A stretch of 62,688 nt of DNA, counting the filler, from an uncultured Methanosarcinales archaeon (GTDB taxonomy: Archaea; Nanobdellota; Nanobdellia; Woesearchaeales; JABMPP01), in assembly GCA_964604995.1 (NCBI GenBank). It is 15 parts of 15 records of this genome, joined end to end, with 100 filler letters (N's around TTAATTAATTAA, not from the genome) between each part and the next. Parts side by side here need not be neighbours in the genome. Positions count along the whole stretch, not along the records: positions 51,675 to 53,668 come from CAZSAD010000065.1; positions 53,769 to 55,722 come from CAZSAD010000066.1; positions 55,823 to 57,733 come from CAZSAD010000067.1; positions 57,834 to 59,433 come from CAZSAD010000068.1; positions 59,534 to 61,074 come from CAZSAD010000069.1; positions 61,175 to 62,688 come from CAZSAD010000070.1; 9 more parts are not named here. One strand, written 5' to 3'. Positions 51,777-62,496 of this stretch are shown here, piece by piece; the first letter of the stretch is position 1, and every line of letters starts with the position of its first letter. The notes below the pieces were generated by a model. It had not been told where the DNA came from, made no database searches, and saw nothing but the letters and a program-made list of their open reading frames with translations. The translations under genes and the position numbers were made by a program.

Positions 51777-52790
51777 TTATTCTTTTTTCTCAGATTCTAA
51801 AGCTATTAATCTTTCAGGTTCTTCACCTGTTTTAACTTCAGTTTTGTTTGCTTGTTCTTCTAACAATTTAAAATATTTATCTAAATCAGGTGTTTTTTTT
51901 GCAAGTGTTTCAAATCCTAAAAGCAGTTTTTCAACTTTTTTTAATTTATCTTCTACTTTTTCATTTACTTTTTTTTCTTGAGCTTCAAATCTTTTATCCA
52001 TAATAACTAAAACATTACCTGCGTGTTTTTCAAATTCATTAAATTTAGAAATCAAATTCTCTAAATCTTTTTTAGCAGAAAGTCCTGCAAGTTTAACTTT
52101 AATTCCATCAAAATCAGAAACAATATGCTTAAACCCTTTGTCAAGTTCACTAGCTTTGCTTTGAAAATTTTCATACTCTCCAAATTTTTTGCTAACCTCT
52201 ACAAAAATATCATCAACTCTACTTGCATGTCTTTGAACCAAAGCTTCAACTTTCTTTATTTCAAGTAATTCTTTTTTAACGTCATCTGAAAGTTTTACTG
52301 TCTGTTCAATTCCCTGAAAAACAGATATTTGTCTTCTAAAATCTTTAAGTTGATCTCTAAATGTTTTCATTATAGTATCATTGCTTTCTATTGCAGCTTT
52401 AAGAGCTTCAACTTTAGCATCAGATTTTTGCAGCTCAATCATCATTTTATCAGGTTGGACTGTTTCTACAAGATCAATTGCCTTAGTTGTTTTTACCTCA
52501 ATATTTTGAAGAGCTCTGTTAGTATCCATTATCATTCCTCTAAGCTCTCCCATTTGCTCGCTAATTCTTGTAAATCTCTCAGAAGTTAATTTTCTCATTT
52601 CAGATAAAGAATCAAGTTGGGCTTTAATTTTTGTAATTTCAGCAAGAATTATTCCTTCTCCAGCTGACGATGGTGCAGTACTTGTTTGAGTTTCATTTGT
52701 AGGTTCTTCTTCCTCAGGTTCTTCATCTGCTCCTTCAGCAGAATTTTGCTCTTCTTCCTCTTTTTTCTTTCCTAATCCAAATAAACCCAT
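51777..52790 (-). CDS. Coiled-coil protein with MGLFGLGKK N-terminus
   Basis: Acidic linker, then a long heptad region (ERFTRISEQMGELR). Confidence 0.8.
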   Translation of the reverse strand: MGLFGLGKKKEEEEQNSAEGADEEPEEEEPTNETQTSTAPSSAGEGIILAEITKIKAQLDSLSEMRKLTSERFTRISEQMGELRGMIMDTNRALQNIEVKTTKAIDLVETVQPDKMMIELQKSDAKVEALKAAIESNDTIMKTFRDQLKDFRRQISVFQGIEQTVKLSDDVKKELLEIKKVEALVQRHASRVDDIFVEVSKKFGEYENFQSKASELDKGFKHIVSDFDGIKVKLAGLSAKKDLENLISKFNEFEKHAGNVLVIMDKRFEAQEKKVNEKVEDKLKKVEKLLLGFETLAKKTPDLDKYFKLLEEQANKTEVKTGEEPERLIALESEKKE

Positions 52791-52877
52791 CTAATCTCCT
52801 CTTTTTCTAAAATATTTTTATTAATTAATATCAACCAATTTTAATTAATTTATAAACCAAACCAATAATCTTTACAA

Positions 52878-53174
52878 TCAATATTCCTTTTTCCAATAGG
52901 TATTATCATCATTATTTTTTATCCTTTTTATTTCTTCTCTTATTTCATCAAATAAATCTTTAATTTTGGTTAAATCTTCTTTACTTCCAGTTGCAGCATA
53001 CATCTTAATTTTTGCAACTCCACTTTGCATTAATTCATCAGCAAATTTAGTATATTGTCCAAGTTTTCTAATTTCTGAAACCTCTTTTTTTATTGTTTCA
53101 AATTCATTTTTTGTAATTCTTATTTGCTCATCTCTACTTTCTTTATCTTCTTCTTTTATTCGCATTTTCATCAC
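52878..53174 (-). CDS. Small helical hypothetical protein
   Basis: 98-aa ORF, co-oriented with its neighbours. Confidence 0.6.
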   Translation of the reverse strand: MMKMRIKEEDKESRDEQIRITKNEFETIKKEVSEIRKLGQYTKFADELMQSGVAKIKMYAATGSKEDLTKIKDLFDEIREEIKRIKNNDDNTYWKKEY

Positions 53175-53210
53175 TTTTTTTAATTTTTAATTATTTTTTG
53201 ATTATAATCA

Positions 53211-53668
53211 TTATATTGATTTTATTCCACTTTGTATAATAAGGCATTCTTTCAATACATTTTTTTTCTCAGGTTTAGGTAATGATTTGTATAACTCCCT
53301 TATTTCATCATAACTATTAGTTGCATTATTCTTGTCTTTTTTGTCAATAAATGATTTTGCTTGTGCAATTAAATCATTTATTTTTGAGTTGATATCAAAT
53401 TTATTACTACTTTCTTTTTCAATTTCATTTTCTTTTATTAGATTATTTTCTTTTTTGTTATTCCCCTTTCCCCCTTCTTTTTCATCTCTTTTTTCCTCTT
53501 TATTTTTTTTGTTATCTTCAATGTCTTTATTTTCCTTATTAACAATCTCTTCTTTCTCTTCTTTTTTCTCTTCAACTTTAATTCCATTTACCTTTTCAGC
53601 ATCTTCCTTAGCTTTTTTAGCAGCTTTTAATTCAGCTTCAATCTCCTCTCTTTTGACAAGTTCAATTT
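53211..53668 (-). CDS. K/E-rich protein with a C-terminal helical bundle (5' partial)
   Basis: Open minus frame ending ...ATNSYDEIRELYKSLPKPEKKNV...KSI*. Confidence 0.7.
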
Positions 53669-53833
53669 NNNNNNNNNNNNNNNNNNNNNNNNNNNNNNNN
53701 NNNNNNNNNNNNTTAATTAATTAANNNNNNNNNNNNNNNNNNNNNNNNNNNNNNNNNNNNNNNNNNNNTTACAAAAGCAAAAAAATACAAGATTAAAAAC
53801 GTTTGCTTAAAAAAAATATTAGGCTATTCATAC

Positions 53834-54474
53834 TTAACCTGTTATTTTTTTGTGAGCTATTCCTTTTACATCAATATACTCTCCTTTCAATTCAATTTCT
53901 TGAATATAATTATAATATACTAATGAATGGAAATATCTATCATAATTTTCTAAAGGGGTATTATTTATAAATTTTTTAATTTGCTTTTTATCCATTGCTA
54001 AGCAAAAAAATCCAAATTTAATTCTTTTTTCAATAGCATCATTTGCAAATTTTGCCATTTTATAAAATTCAGATGATTGTTTATTCTTGGAAATTTGTGC
54101 AAGATGTATTTCATCAAAACTTATTCTAATTTCAATATCTTTTCCTTCCAATTTTTCCCATAAATCTTCATAATCTTCTTTCCCAATAAAATATCCATTG
54201 CTTTCTAAAATTACATGGAGATTTTTTTCTAATGCAGGATTAACATATTTTTCAAACCATAATTTTTCTATTGTTGGCTCTCCACCACGCAAAGCAATAA
54301 AATTTCCCTCACTTAAAGATTCAAGAGAGTCAATATATTTTTCATAAGGTATTATTTTTCCAGTTCTGTCAAAGTAACAACCAGTACATCTTTATTACAC
54401 AAAGTATTAATTTGGTAAATCCTATGAGCACTTGTGTAAATTGACTCAACTGAATCATTTAAATTACGTTTCAT
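53834..54474 (-). pseudogene. Radical SAM protein with a 1-nt deletion inside the CxxxCxxC motif
   Basis: ATG 54474 with GGGGAG SD; TLCNK/RCTGCYF joins across a frameshift near 54392; GGEP downstream. Confidence 0.8.
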
Positions 54475-54605
54475 GTTCTTCTCCCCATTATATTAATTAC
54501 TTCCCAATGGTAATCTAAATATGTTTATTATTATATTAAATTATGTACTAAAATTTTTGTCAAAAACAAAATATTTATCAATAATCATTGTTATTAGTAT
54601 ATATT

Positions 54606-55631
54606 ATGCTAGAAAAAACAAGTAATAAAAAATGGAATAATCTAAAATTAATAAAAAAAGATTATCAAATTTTGTATGAATTAAATAATAACTCTAGAAA
54701 GCCAGTAAGTCAGATTGCATCTTCTTTGAGAATATCTAAACAAAGTGCAGATTACCATATAACTAAACTTTTGAAACTTGGAATAATAAAACAATTTTAT
54801 GCGTTAATTAATTTTACAGCGTTGGGTTACAAACCATATAAAATATTTCTCAGATTAAATAATCTTGCAACAAAAGACATTAAGCAGTATCTTGAAGAGT
54901 TTAGAAATACCGAATATGTTGTATGGACTGTTCATTGCGATGGTAAATTTGATGTTGTAATTGGACTTATAGCAAAAAATACATCACACTTCAAAGAGAT
55001 TTATCTTAATATTCTAGAAAAATACTCCCTTATAATACTCCATTCTGATTATTCCACAATAATTAGTGCACACCAAAGAAAAAAAGGATTTTTGATATCA
55101 AAAAAAGAAGTTACACAATCAACTGATTTTTATGTTGATCAACAAACAATTGAGATAACTCAAACTGATAGTGACATCTTAAAAATAATATCTAAAGATT
55201 CTAAAATATCAATACTAAAAATATCCGATGTTATTGGTCTTACAGCACAAGCAGCTAGGGTGAGACTAAATAATCTAGTCAAAAAACAGGTTATTTTAGG
55301 ATATAGTATTTTAATTGATACAAACAAACTGGGATATTTAAGTTATAAAGTTTTATTTCAATTAAAAAATCTAAGCAAGAAAAGATTAGATGACCTAATC
55401 TATTTTTTGAATCATTATCCCCCAATTCTTGAAGTTATTAATGTAATGGGTAGCTGGGATATAGAAATTGATCTTGAAGTGAATGATATTTTTGAACTTA
55501 ATAATACCATTAGTGATATTCGTTTAAAATTTAAAGATATTATCAATAGTTATGATACTCTAATTAAATATGAAGAATATAGTTATAACTACTACCCTCT
55601 CAATATTAAAACAAATATCAATAAAAAATAA
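54606..55631 (+). CDS. Tandem (two-repeat) Lrp/AsnC-family regulator
   Basis: Two HTH+RAM units (NSRKPVSQIA, DSKISILKIS; LGY; GKFD/GSWD). Confidence 0.9.
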   Translation: MLEKTSNKKWNNLKLIKKDYQILYELNNNSRKPVSQIASSLRISKQSADYHITKLLKLGIIKQFYALINFTALGYKPYKIFLRLNNLATKDIKQYLEEFRNTEYVVWTVHCDGKFDVVIGLIAKNTSHFKEIYLNILEKYSLIILHSDYSTIISAHQRKKGFLISKKEVTQSTDFYVDQQTIEITQTDSDILKIISKDSKISILKISDVIGLTAQAARVRLNNLVKKQVILGYSILIDTNKLGYLSYKVLFQLKNLSKKRLDDLIYFLNHYPPILEVINVMGSWDIEIDLEVNDIFELNNTISDIRLKFKDIINSYDTLIKYEEYSYNYYPLNIKTNINKK

Positions 55632-55822
55632 ATTTTGGTTAATTCTTCTTATACATTTATTGTATACTCAAAATAATCATCCCACGGATTTTCCAGTTTC
55701 ATCATTTGCTTAACTGAAAGTTNNNNNNNNNNNNNNNNNNNNNNNNNNNNNNNNNNNNNNNNNNNNTTAATTAATTAANNNNNNNNNNNNNNNNNNNNNN
55801 NNNNNNNNNNNNNNNNNNNNNN

Positions 55823-56015
55823 TAGTTTCAATTCACAATTAAGTAACATTAGCTGGAGTCAAATGCCTGCAAATACTGAAATAATGATTGTACAATTAAA
55901 TTGGAGTGATGTAACCGATAGTGCTGAAATAGATATTTTAGTTGAAGTTCCTACTGATGAAGGATCAGGTGACAGAAGTTCGTCGGTAGTATTCACAGGA
56001 GCATTAGGAGAATAA
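55823..56015 (+). CDS. C-terminus of a surface beta-sandwich protein (5' partial)
   Basis: ...DSAEIDILVEVPTDEGSGDRSSSVVFTGALGE*, stop codon 2 nt before the next ATG. Confidence 0.65.
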
Positions 56016-56016
56016 A

Positions 56017-57210
56017 ATGGGAAATAAATATTTAATATTCGGATTGTTGGCGATTTTAATAATGCAAAATATCTCTGCAATTGGTATTACTCCTGGACGG
56101 ACTACAATTGATTTTGAACCAAATTTACAAAGAGAAATTGCCTTTACAGTTATAAATTCTGAAAATAAAGACATGATGGTTGTTTTTATGGTTAGAGGAA
56201 ATTTAAGTGAATATATTACTCTTAGTCAAAATCATGCAGAATTCACAAAAGATGAAATCTCTAAATCATTTACCTATTCTATTAATTTACCCTCAAAGAT
56301 TAGCACTCCAGGAAAACATGAAGTTGAAATTGTTGCATTAGAAATTCCAACAGATACAAAAGAAAAAGGATCATTTGTTGGTGCAACTGTTGCCGTTATC
56401 AGCCAATTGCATATTTACGTGCCTTATCCAAATAAGTATGCTGAAGCAAGTATTAATATATTAGAATCAGAAGATAAAAAAATTTTTAGAATCCCTGTAA
56501 TTAATAGGGGTAAATTGGATATTGCAAATTTAAGGGCAATAATAGATATCTATAACGGGCTTGGAGAAAAAATTACTTCATTAGAAACTGAAACTGAAAC
56601 ATTAAATAGCTTGCAAATGAAAGAATTAGCTGCAGAATGGGATACGAATGTTAATCCCGGAAAATATTCTGCAATTATTTCAGTAATTTATGATAATCAG
56701 GTAATTACTCTTGAAAAAGAATTTAAAGTCGGAGAAAAGGTTTTAGAAATTCTTGAAATAAATATTAATGATTTTGAATTAGGAGGCATTGCTAAATTTA
56801 ATGCACTTGTCGAGAATAAATGGTCTGAGGAGTTAAAAGATGTTTACTTAAATATTATTATTTATAATAATGAAGGTGAAGTTATGGCGGATTTTAATTC
56901 TTTAAATTATAATATTGGTTCACAAAGTAAATCTGAGATGATAGCTTATTGGGATACAGTAGGTGTAGAAAAAGGAACTTACGACGGAAAAATCTTTTTA
57001 AAATATGGCACAGAATCAACAGAAAAAGAAGTTCAAATGAAAATTACTGAAAATAGTATTGAAGTTATTGGACTTACCGGTCATGTTGTTGTGAAAAAAG
57101 CCGGAACATTTAATTTAAATAATATTTTATTGATTTTAGTGATATTCCTTATTCTTGTGAATGTTGTATGGTTTGTTATTGTTAAAAATTTATTAAAGAA
57201 AAAAAAATGA
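56017..57210 (+). CDS. Secreted multi-Ig-like protein with C-terminal TM anchor (DUF916-like architecture)
   Basis: Signal peptide, GITPGR, PGKH, NRG, PGKY, GTY, C-terminal TM followed by KKKK. Confidence 0.7.
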   Translation: MGNKYLIFGLLAILIMQNISAIGITPGRTTIDFEPNLQREIAFTVINSENKDMMVVFMVRGNLSEYITLSQNHAEFTKDEISKSFTYSINLPSKISTPGKHEVEIVALEIPTDTKEKGSFVGATVAVISQLHIYVPYPNKYAEASINILESEDKKIFRIPVINRGKLDIANLRAIIDIYNGLGEKITSLETETETLNSLQMKELAAEWDTNVNPGKYSAIISVIYDNQVITLEKEFKVGEKVLEILEININDFELGGIAKFNALVENKWSEELKDVYLNIIIYNNEGEVMADFNSLNYNIGSQSKSEMIAYWDTVGVEKGTYDGKIFLKYGTESTEKEVQMKITENSIEVIGLTGHVVVKKAGTFNLNNILLILVIFLILVNVVWFVIVKNLLKKKK

Positions 57211-57237
57211 AGAGAAATTCTTAATGTGAATTTCTCT
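57211..57237 (+). terminator. Hairpin after the surface protein gene
   Basis: AGAGAAATTC-N7-GAATTTCTCT. Confidence 0.5.
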
Positions 57238-57405
57238 AACTTTCCTTTTGGACACCAAAAATCTACAAGAGATTAAATCCAAAAAGAAATGAAACTTATA
57301 ACAATAAATAAGATTCATCTTTAACACTAATTTAGAAATAATCTTTAAAATAACAAAATGTTTATAAAGGCAACTTAATTATATTCTTTAACTTAAAGAG
57401 GTTAT

Positions 57406-57588
57406 ATGGAAAAACAAACAATCATTGCGATTTTATTGATTATTACAATCGTACTTTCAGTTAGTTCTATTGCTATTACTTGGAATACTAAAGATATTAA
57501 AACACAAATTGCACCTGAAACACAAAGTGGTAATGTGCAATTAACTATTGAACAAGCTCCGGTAATGGAAACAGGAGAAGGACAATGA
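57406..57588 (+). CDS. 60-aa single-TM protein
   Basis: GAGGT SD, hydrophobic N-terminus, SGNVQLTI. Confidence 0.7.
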   Translation: MEKQTIIAILLIITIVLSVSSIAITWNTKDIKTQIAPETQSGNVQLTIEQAPVMETGEGQ

Positions 57589-57733
57589 AAGCTAATAATA
57601 AAAATATTAAATTAGATAATGCTTTAATGATTGTGGCAATTATTGCTGTTGGATTTGCATTTGTTAATTTAATGACGACAATTGATAAGTTTAGAGATAT
57701 TCAAAGTTTAACAGGTTATGCAACTGATACTGG
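57585..57733 (+). CDS. TM/secreted protein with LTGYAT motif (3' truncated)
   Basis: ATGA overlap, TM then LTGYATDT. Confidence 0.7.
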
Positions 57734-57833
57734 NNNNNNNNNNNNNNNNNNNNNNNNNNNNNNNNNNNNNNNNNNNNTTAATTAATTAANNNNNNNNNNN
57801 NNNNNNNNNNNNNNNNNNNNNNNNNNNNNNNNN

Positions 57834-59433
57834 ATCTTGCTAGAACAAATAATAGTGACTTAACAGAGAAGTTCTCGAAAATAAACACTGACCTTAAAAA
57901 TGAAAATACAAGACTTTCAAATAAAATAGATGAACAAGAATCCAATTATAAAACAAGTATAAGCTTTTTAGAAAAGAATTTGTTAGAAGCAGAGGGGTCA
58001 ATTGTAGAAAAAGACCAGGAATTGAGCAAGTTAGCTACGGAAATTTCATTAAAGGATAAAACAATTGATGAGCTAAGCAAGATTAAAGCTCAAATACCGC
58101 AAGAAATCAAAAAAGCTGAAGCTCCACTACAAACTATTATTTCACAACTTGAGAAAAATAATGAAGACCAACAAAACGCAATTAAATCAAATATCTCTCA
58201 GATTTCTTTATTAGAAAATGACTTTAAAGTTTCAAAGGAAAACTTAGTCATTGAGCAGGCAAAAGCTAGCAAGCTAACGGAGACTTTAAAACAACTAACT
58301 CAAAAGTTATCTGACTATAAAAATGATTTTCCAATACAAATAGAAAAGGAAAGGCAGCCCCTACTTAATAAAATCTCTGAGTTTGAAGAAACAATTAACA
58401 GAATTACCGCAGAATCTAAAGACAAATCAAATACAATATCACAATTATCTTCAAAAAATACCGAACTAAACAACTCTTTATCTTCTTATATAAAAAAATG
58501 AGATCAAAAGTTTAACTAATAGATTACAGCAAGAAGAAAACTCAATCCCTGAAAAAATTAAAATAGCGACATATCCGCTAGAAAACAACATTATTGAACT
58601 AAAAGACAACCTTAAAAAATATCAAATACAGGCTAAAGAAAAAGATGCTTTAATTGGATCAATAAGCAATGATCTGGAATCAAAAAATAAGCTAATAACG
58701 TCCTTAAACGGTAAATCTGATAGCTTGCAGGCAATTACAGATGACCTTAAAGAGAAGCTTCAATCTACAGAAAATAAGATTCCTGAACTAACCAAGCAAG
58801 CACAAATACCTCTACTAAACAAAATAGCAGCGCTTCAAGATTCTCTTAATAAGTATGACGCGGAGAATGTAATTAAATCAAAGCTGATCAATGATATTTC
58901 AATTGAAAAAGCTTCTTTAAGTAAAACGATCAAAGCTCTTAATGATAAATCCGCTATGTTCAAGCAAGAGATCAATGACCTGTCAAATAAAATTCAATCA
59001 ATGGTCTCAGAAGAGCCACAAAAAATCGCAAGCATAAAAGTGCCACTAGAAAAAATAATAGAACAACTAAAGCAGTCTTTGCAATTAAATGACACTTTAA
59101 TTAAAGAAAAAGAAATCGCCATTAGCGAATTAACCAAAAGTGAAGAGAAGACAAATTCTGAGCTGCTATCTGCTAACCAAAAAGTACAATCAATGTCTTC
59201 GTCAATAAATGAATTAAATTCGAGAATGGCTTCTCTGCTTAAAGAAGAGCCTATTAAAATAGAAAATGCGACAAAGCCACTTTTAGCTAAAATCTCTTCA
59301 ATGCAGAACAATTTGGATTTGTCAAATAAGTCAATAACTGAGAAAGATAGCCAAATTAAAGAACTGCTTGACAGTAATAGCGATCTAACGAAAAAAATGA
59401 GCAGCCTTGAAAATCAGAATCAAGAACTTAAAA
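57834..59433 (+). CDS. Internal fragment of a giant coiled-coil repeat protein, frameshift near 58495
   Basis: 78-aa PxxIxxAxxPL modules; reading continues in the +1 frame from 58497. Confidence 0.8.
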
Positions 59434-59533
59434 NNNNNNNNNNNNNNNNNNNNNNNNNNNNNNNNNNNNNNNNNNNNTTAATTAATTAANNNNNNNNNNN
59501 NNNNNNNNNNNNNNNNNNNNNNNNNNNNNNNNN

Positions 59534-61074
59534 CAGTAAAAAGCTCAGTTCCAAGTAAAGTTGCAGAAGCTGAAAACGTATTAAAAGCCCAAATAGCAAA
59601 GTTAAATGAAGAACTGACTGCAGAGAAAACCGCTACTCCTGATAAAATTGCAGCAGCAAAAGCTCCGCTTGAAAATGAGATCGCTCAGCTAAAGACGAGT
59701 CTGAATGATTCCAGATCTTTATTGCCGCAAAAGATAGAAGAAGCTAAGAAGCCTCTTGAAACCGTTATAGATTCACTTAAAAAAGATCTAAAATCTGCCC
59801 AAGATTCAATTCCGCTGAAGGTACAGGAAGCAAAAGCAAGTCTACAAGATCAAATAGAAAATCTTAAACAACAAGTTAAAGAAGCCAATGGTTCAATACC
59901 CGGCAAGATCGCAGAAGCTGAAAATGTATTAAAAGCTCAAATAGCAAAGTTAAAGGAAGAACTGACTTCCGAGAAAACCGCTACTCCTGATAAAATTGCA
60001 GAAGTAAAAAAGCCTCTATTGGAAAAGATTAAAGATTTTGAGAATAAATCACTATCATTACAAAGCATCATAGCAGAAAAAGATGCCAATATTAGAGATC
60101 TAACCCAATCTAATAAAGCCCTTTTAAAAGATTTTGATGACTCAAAACTTAACAATATATCCCTTATTAAAGAGGTTTCTTTATTAGAAGAAAAACTTTC
60201 TGCTTTAATAAAGAACAAACCCGTCGAGATCAATTCTGCCAAAGAGCCTTTATTGGTACAGATCAATGAATTAAATCAAAGCTTGAAACTGTCAGATGAA
60301 GCGCTTGACAAATTTGTTAAAAAGTTCGACGCTCTTAACCAGAATTATAGAATATTAAATGAAAACTATGACGATATTTTTAAAAAACAGCAGATTTTAG
60401 TTTCAGAAAAAGAAACTATTGAAAGACAATCATCACAATTAAAAGCTAGTATTCCTCAGCAAATAGAACTAGCTACAAGTCCTCTTCAGAATTTGATAGA
60501 CGAGCTGAAAAACAATTTAAGTTCAGAAGAAAATATTCTTAAGGAAAAAGAGCTGGAAATTGCAAATCTTGCAAAACAAAACTCTCTCACAGTTAAAGAC
60601 TTAAAACAAGCAAATCTATATATCGAAGAGCTCAACAAGAATTTAACAACTTATAAAAATGAAGTCAATTCATTAAAAGATTCCATTCCAATGGAGATTT
60701 CAGAAGCAAAAAAAGCATTACTTGAAAATATTGCGTCTTTGAAATCGCAATTGTCTGTGAGTGAAAACTCAGATAAAAAGAATGAAGCCTTGGTAAAATC
60801 ATTAAATTTGGAAATAAAAGCAAAAACTGACAGCAATCAGAAGCTTCAGGTCACTATTGCCAATTTAAATGATCAATTAGAAAAATCTAAATTAGAATAT
60901 GCGGCTCTGAATGATTCTATTCCTTTAAAAATCAATGAGGTGAAAGCACCTTTGTCAGAAGAACTTTCTTATGAGAAAAAGCTAAAAGAAAATCTTTTAG
61001 AGGAATTAAACAATAAGTCGAAAGCATTGTCTGATTTAAAGGAAACCAATTCTAATTTATCCAGTGAGCTGAAT
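59534..61074 (+). CDS. Internal fragment of a giant coiled-coil repeat protein (29- and 78-aa modules)
   Basis: Frame open from 59536 to the contig end; DNA repeat 59563-59653 vs 59911-60001. Confidence 0.88.
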
Positions 61075-61174
61075 NNNNNNNNNNNNNNNNNNNNNNNNNN
61101 NNNNNNNNNNNNNNNNNNTTAATTAATTAANNNNNNNNNNNNNNNNNNNNNNNNNNNNNNNNNNNNNNNNNNNN

Positions 61175-62145
61175 TTGTCAATAATACTATTCCTGTTGTT
61201 ATAGGTAATGGATTTTGGAGTAACCTATTCACGTTACAGGATTTAGGAATAAAATTAGCTACATCAGATTATCCGCGTAACGTATGGTTAATAGAATATC
61301 ATGGAGGACCAACAACTGATTGTGATAATTGTATTCCATATACTTATCAAGATCAAGTAAATTATTTTTGGCCTGCACTTATTTCTGGTGTTGAAACATA
61401 TTCTGGACAATCTAAAGTTGATTATGTTGGATATTCTCATGGTGGGAGATTAGGCTTAGATTCATTAAGTAAATACAAAAATGGTAAAAACAATTCTGGA
61501 TATTATTTTGATACTGTTACCGGAACATACCAAGAGATGGATTTAGCACAAAATTCAGTTAATCATTTTATTTCAGTTGTAACACCTGGGGCTCTTGACG
61601 GTAGTTCCGGTGGTATTGATTTGTTTAAAGATCATATGGATGATGCTGTATCAAGGCTTAGAGAGAAAGATATTAATCATACAAATAGAGCAACATTAAC
61701 AAAAAATATGCTTTTCTATTGTTTATTTGGAAGCAGTAATCTAAAGAGTTTATCTTATTGTGAGGGATATTGGTACCAAAATAAGAATGGAGATGACGAT
61801 CTCAAGATGTCTGTTGATTTATTAGAGAACTATTATTTTCTTGCAATAAATACATCACATGAACAACCCGGTGAAAATCTCTCAATTAATGAAATGACAC
61901 TTATTGATGGCAATAGTGTTACATATCCAAGACTTAACCCCTATAATGATGGTTTAAATGATGATTTAGTTCCAACTAATGATGGAGATAATATTTTTAG
62001 TAACATCACATCAAACAATAAAATACATTATAGAATTAAGAAAAATCATGTAGGTGTTATTAAAGAACCAATAACATATGCAATTATTAATAGTCGTATA
62101 AATAACCTTCCAGAGGGGGATGAAAATGAATATAAAATTTGGTAA
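61175..62145 (+). CDS. Alpha/beta hydrolase (lipase-like) domain, 5' partial
   Basis: Frame open from 61177: GNGFWS, VDYVGYSHGG, NDDLVP, KNHVG. Confidence 0.8.
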
Positions 62146-62488
62146 TAAAAAATTAACCAATAACTTGAAACACATTCTAAAAAATTTGCTACTAAATATA
62201 GGGTTTATCATACTTCTACAAATAACCCTTTATATTTTCTTTGCATATATTTTAAAATCTGAGAACGTAAAAACTGATTTTTCAGATTTAAGCAATTTTT
62301 TATTCTTCTTCATTTTTTCATTACCTTTAGCTATAATTAATTCAATAATCTCTTTAGTGTATAGATCTAAGCATAAATTTTTACGAATACTTAGTTATAT
62401 TTTAACAGTTTTATTGATAATAATAATAATAATTATTCATTTATTTTTTTTCGGTGCAAGTCATACTAATTTTGTTACATTCGATTGA
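62120..62488 (+). CDS. Small 3-TM membrane protein
   Basis: Overlaps the hydrolase stop; GAGGGGGA SD-like sequence. Confidence 0.7.
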   Translation: MKMNIKFGNKKLTNNLKHILKNLLLNIGFIILLQITLYIFFAYILKSENVKTDFSDLSNFLFFFIFSLPLAIINSIISLVYRSKHKFLRILSYILTVLLIIIIIIIHLFFFGASHTNFVTFD

Positions 62489-62496
62489 GTGATATT

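Larger units (their letters stand above)
8904..61174. other. 14 artificial contig linkers (N44-TTAATTAATTAA-N44), plus a 10-N scaffold gap at 12368-12377
   Basis: 100-bp linkers start at 8904, 17854, 26216, 34556, 39675, 43592, 46454, 49144, 51575, 53669, 55723, 57734, 59434 and 61075; contig sizes decrease monotonically. Confidence 0.98.

Noticed and set aside
8904..61174. Recurrent TTAATTAATTAA flanked by Ns, as a repeat family or CRISPR
   Set aside because: Identical artificial contig linkers with stops in all frames; ORFs ending in X runs are truncated by them.
4181..62211. Many antisense or overlapping ORFs in the track (e.g. 6872, 10736, 11030, 24752, 31060, 53332, 55859, 58994)
   Set aside because: Shadows of well-supported genes on the other strand or frame, with no independent motifs.
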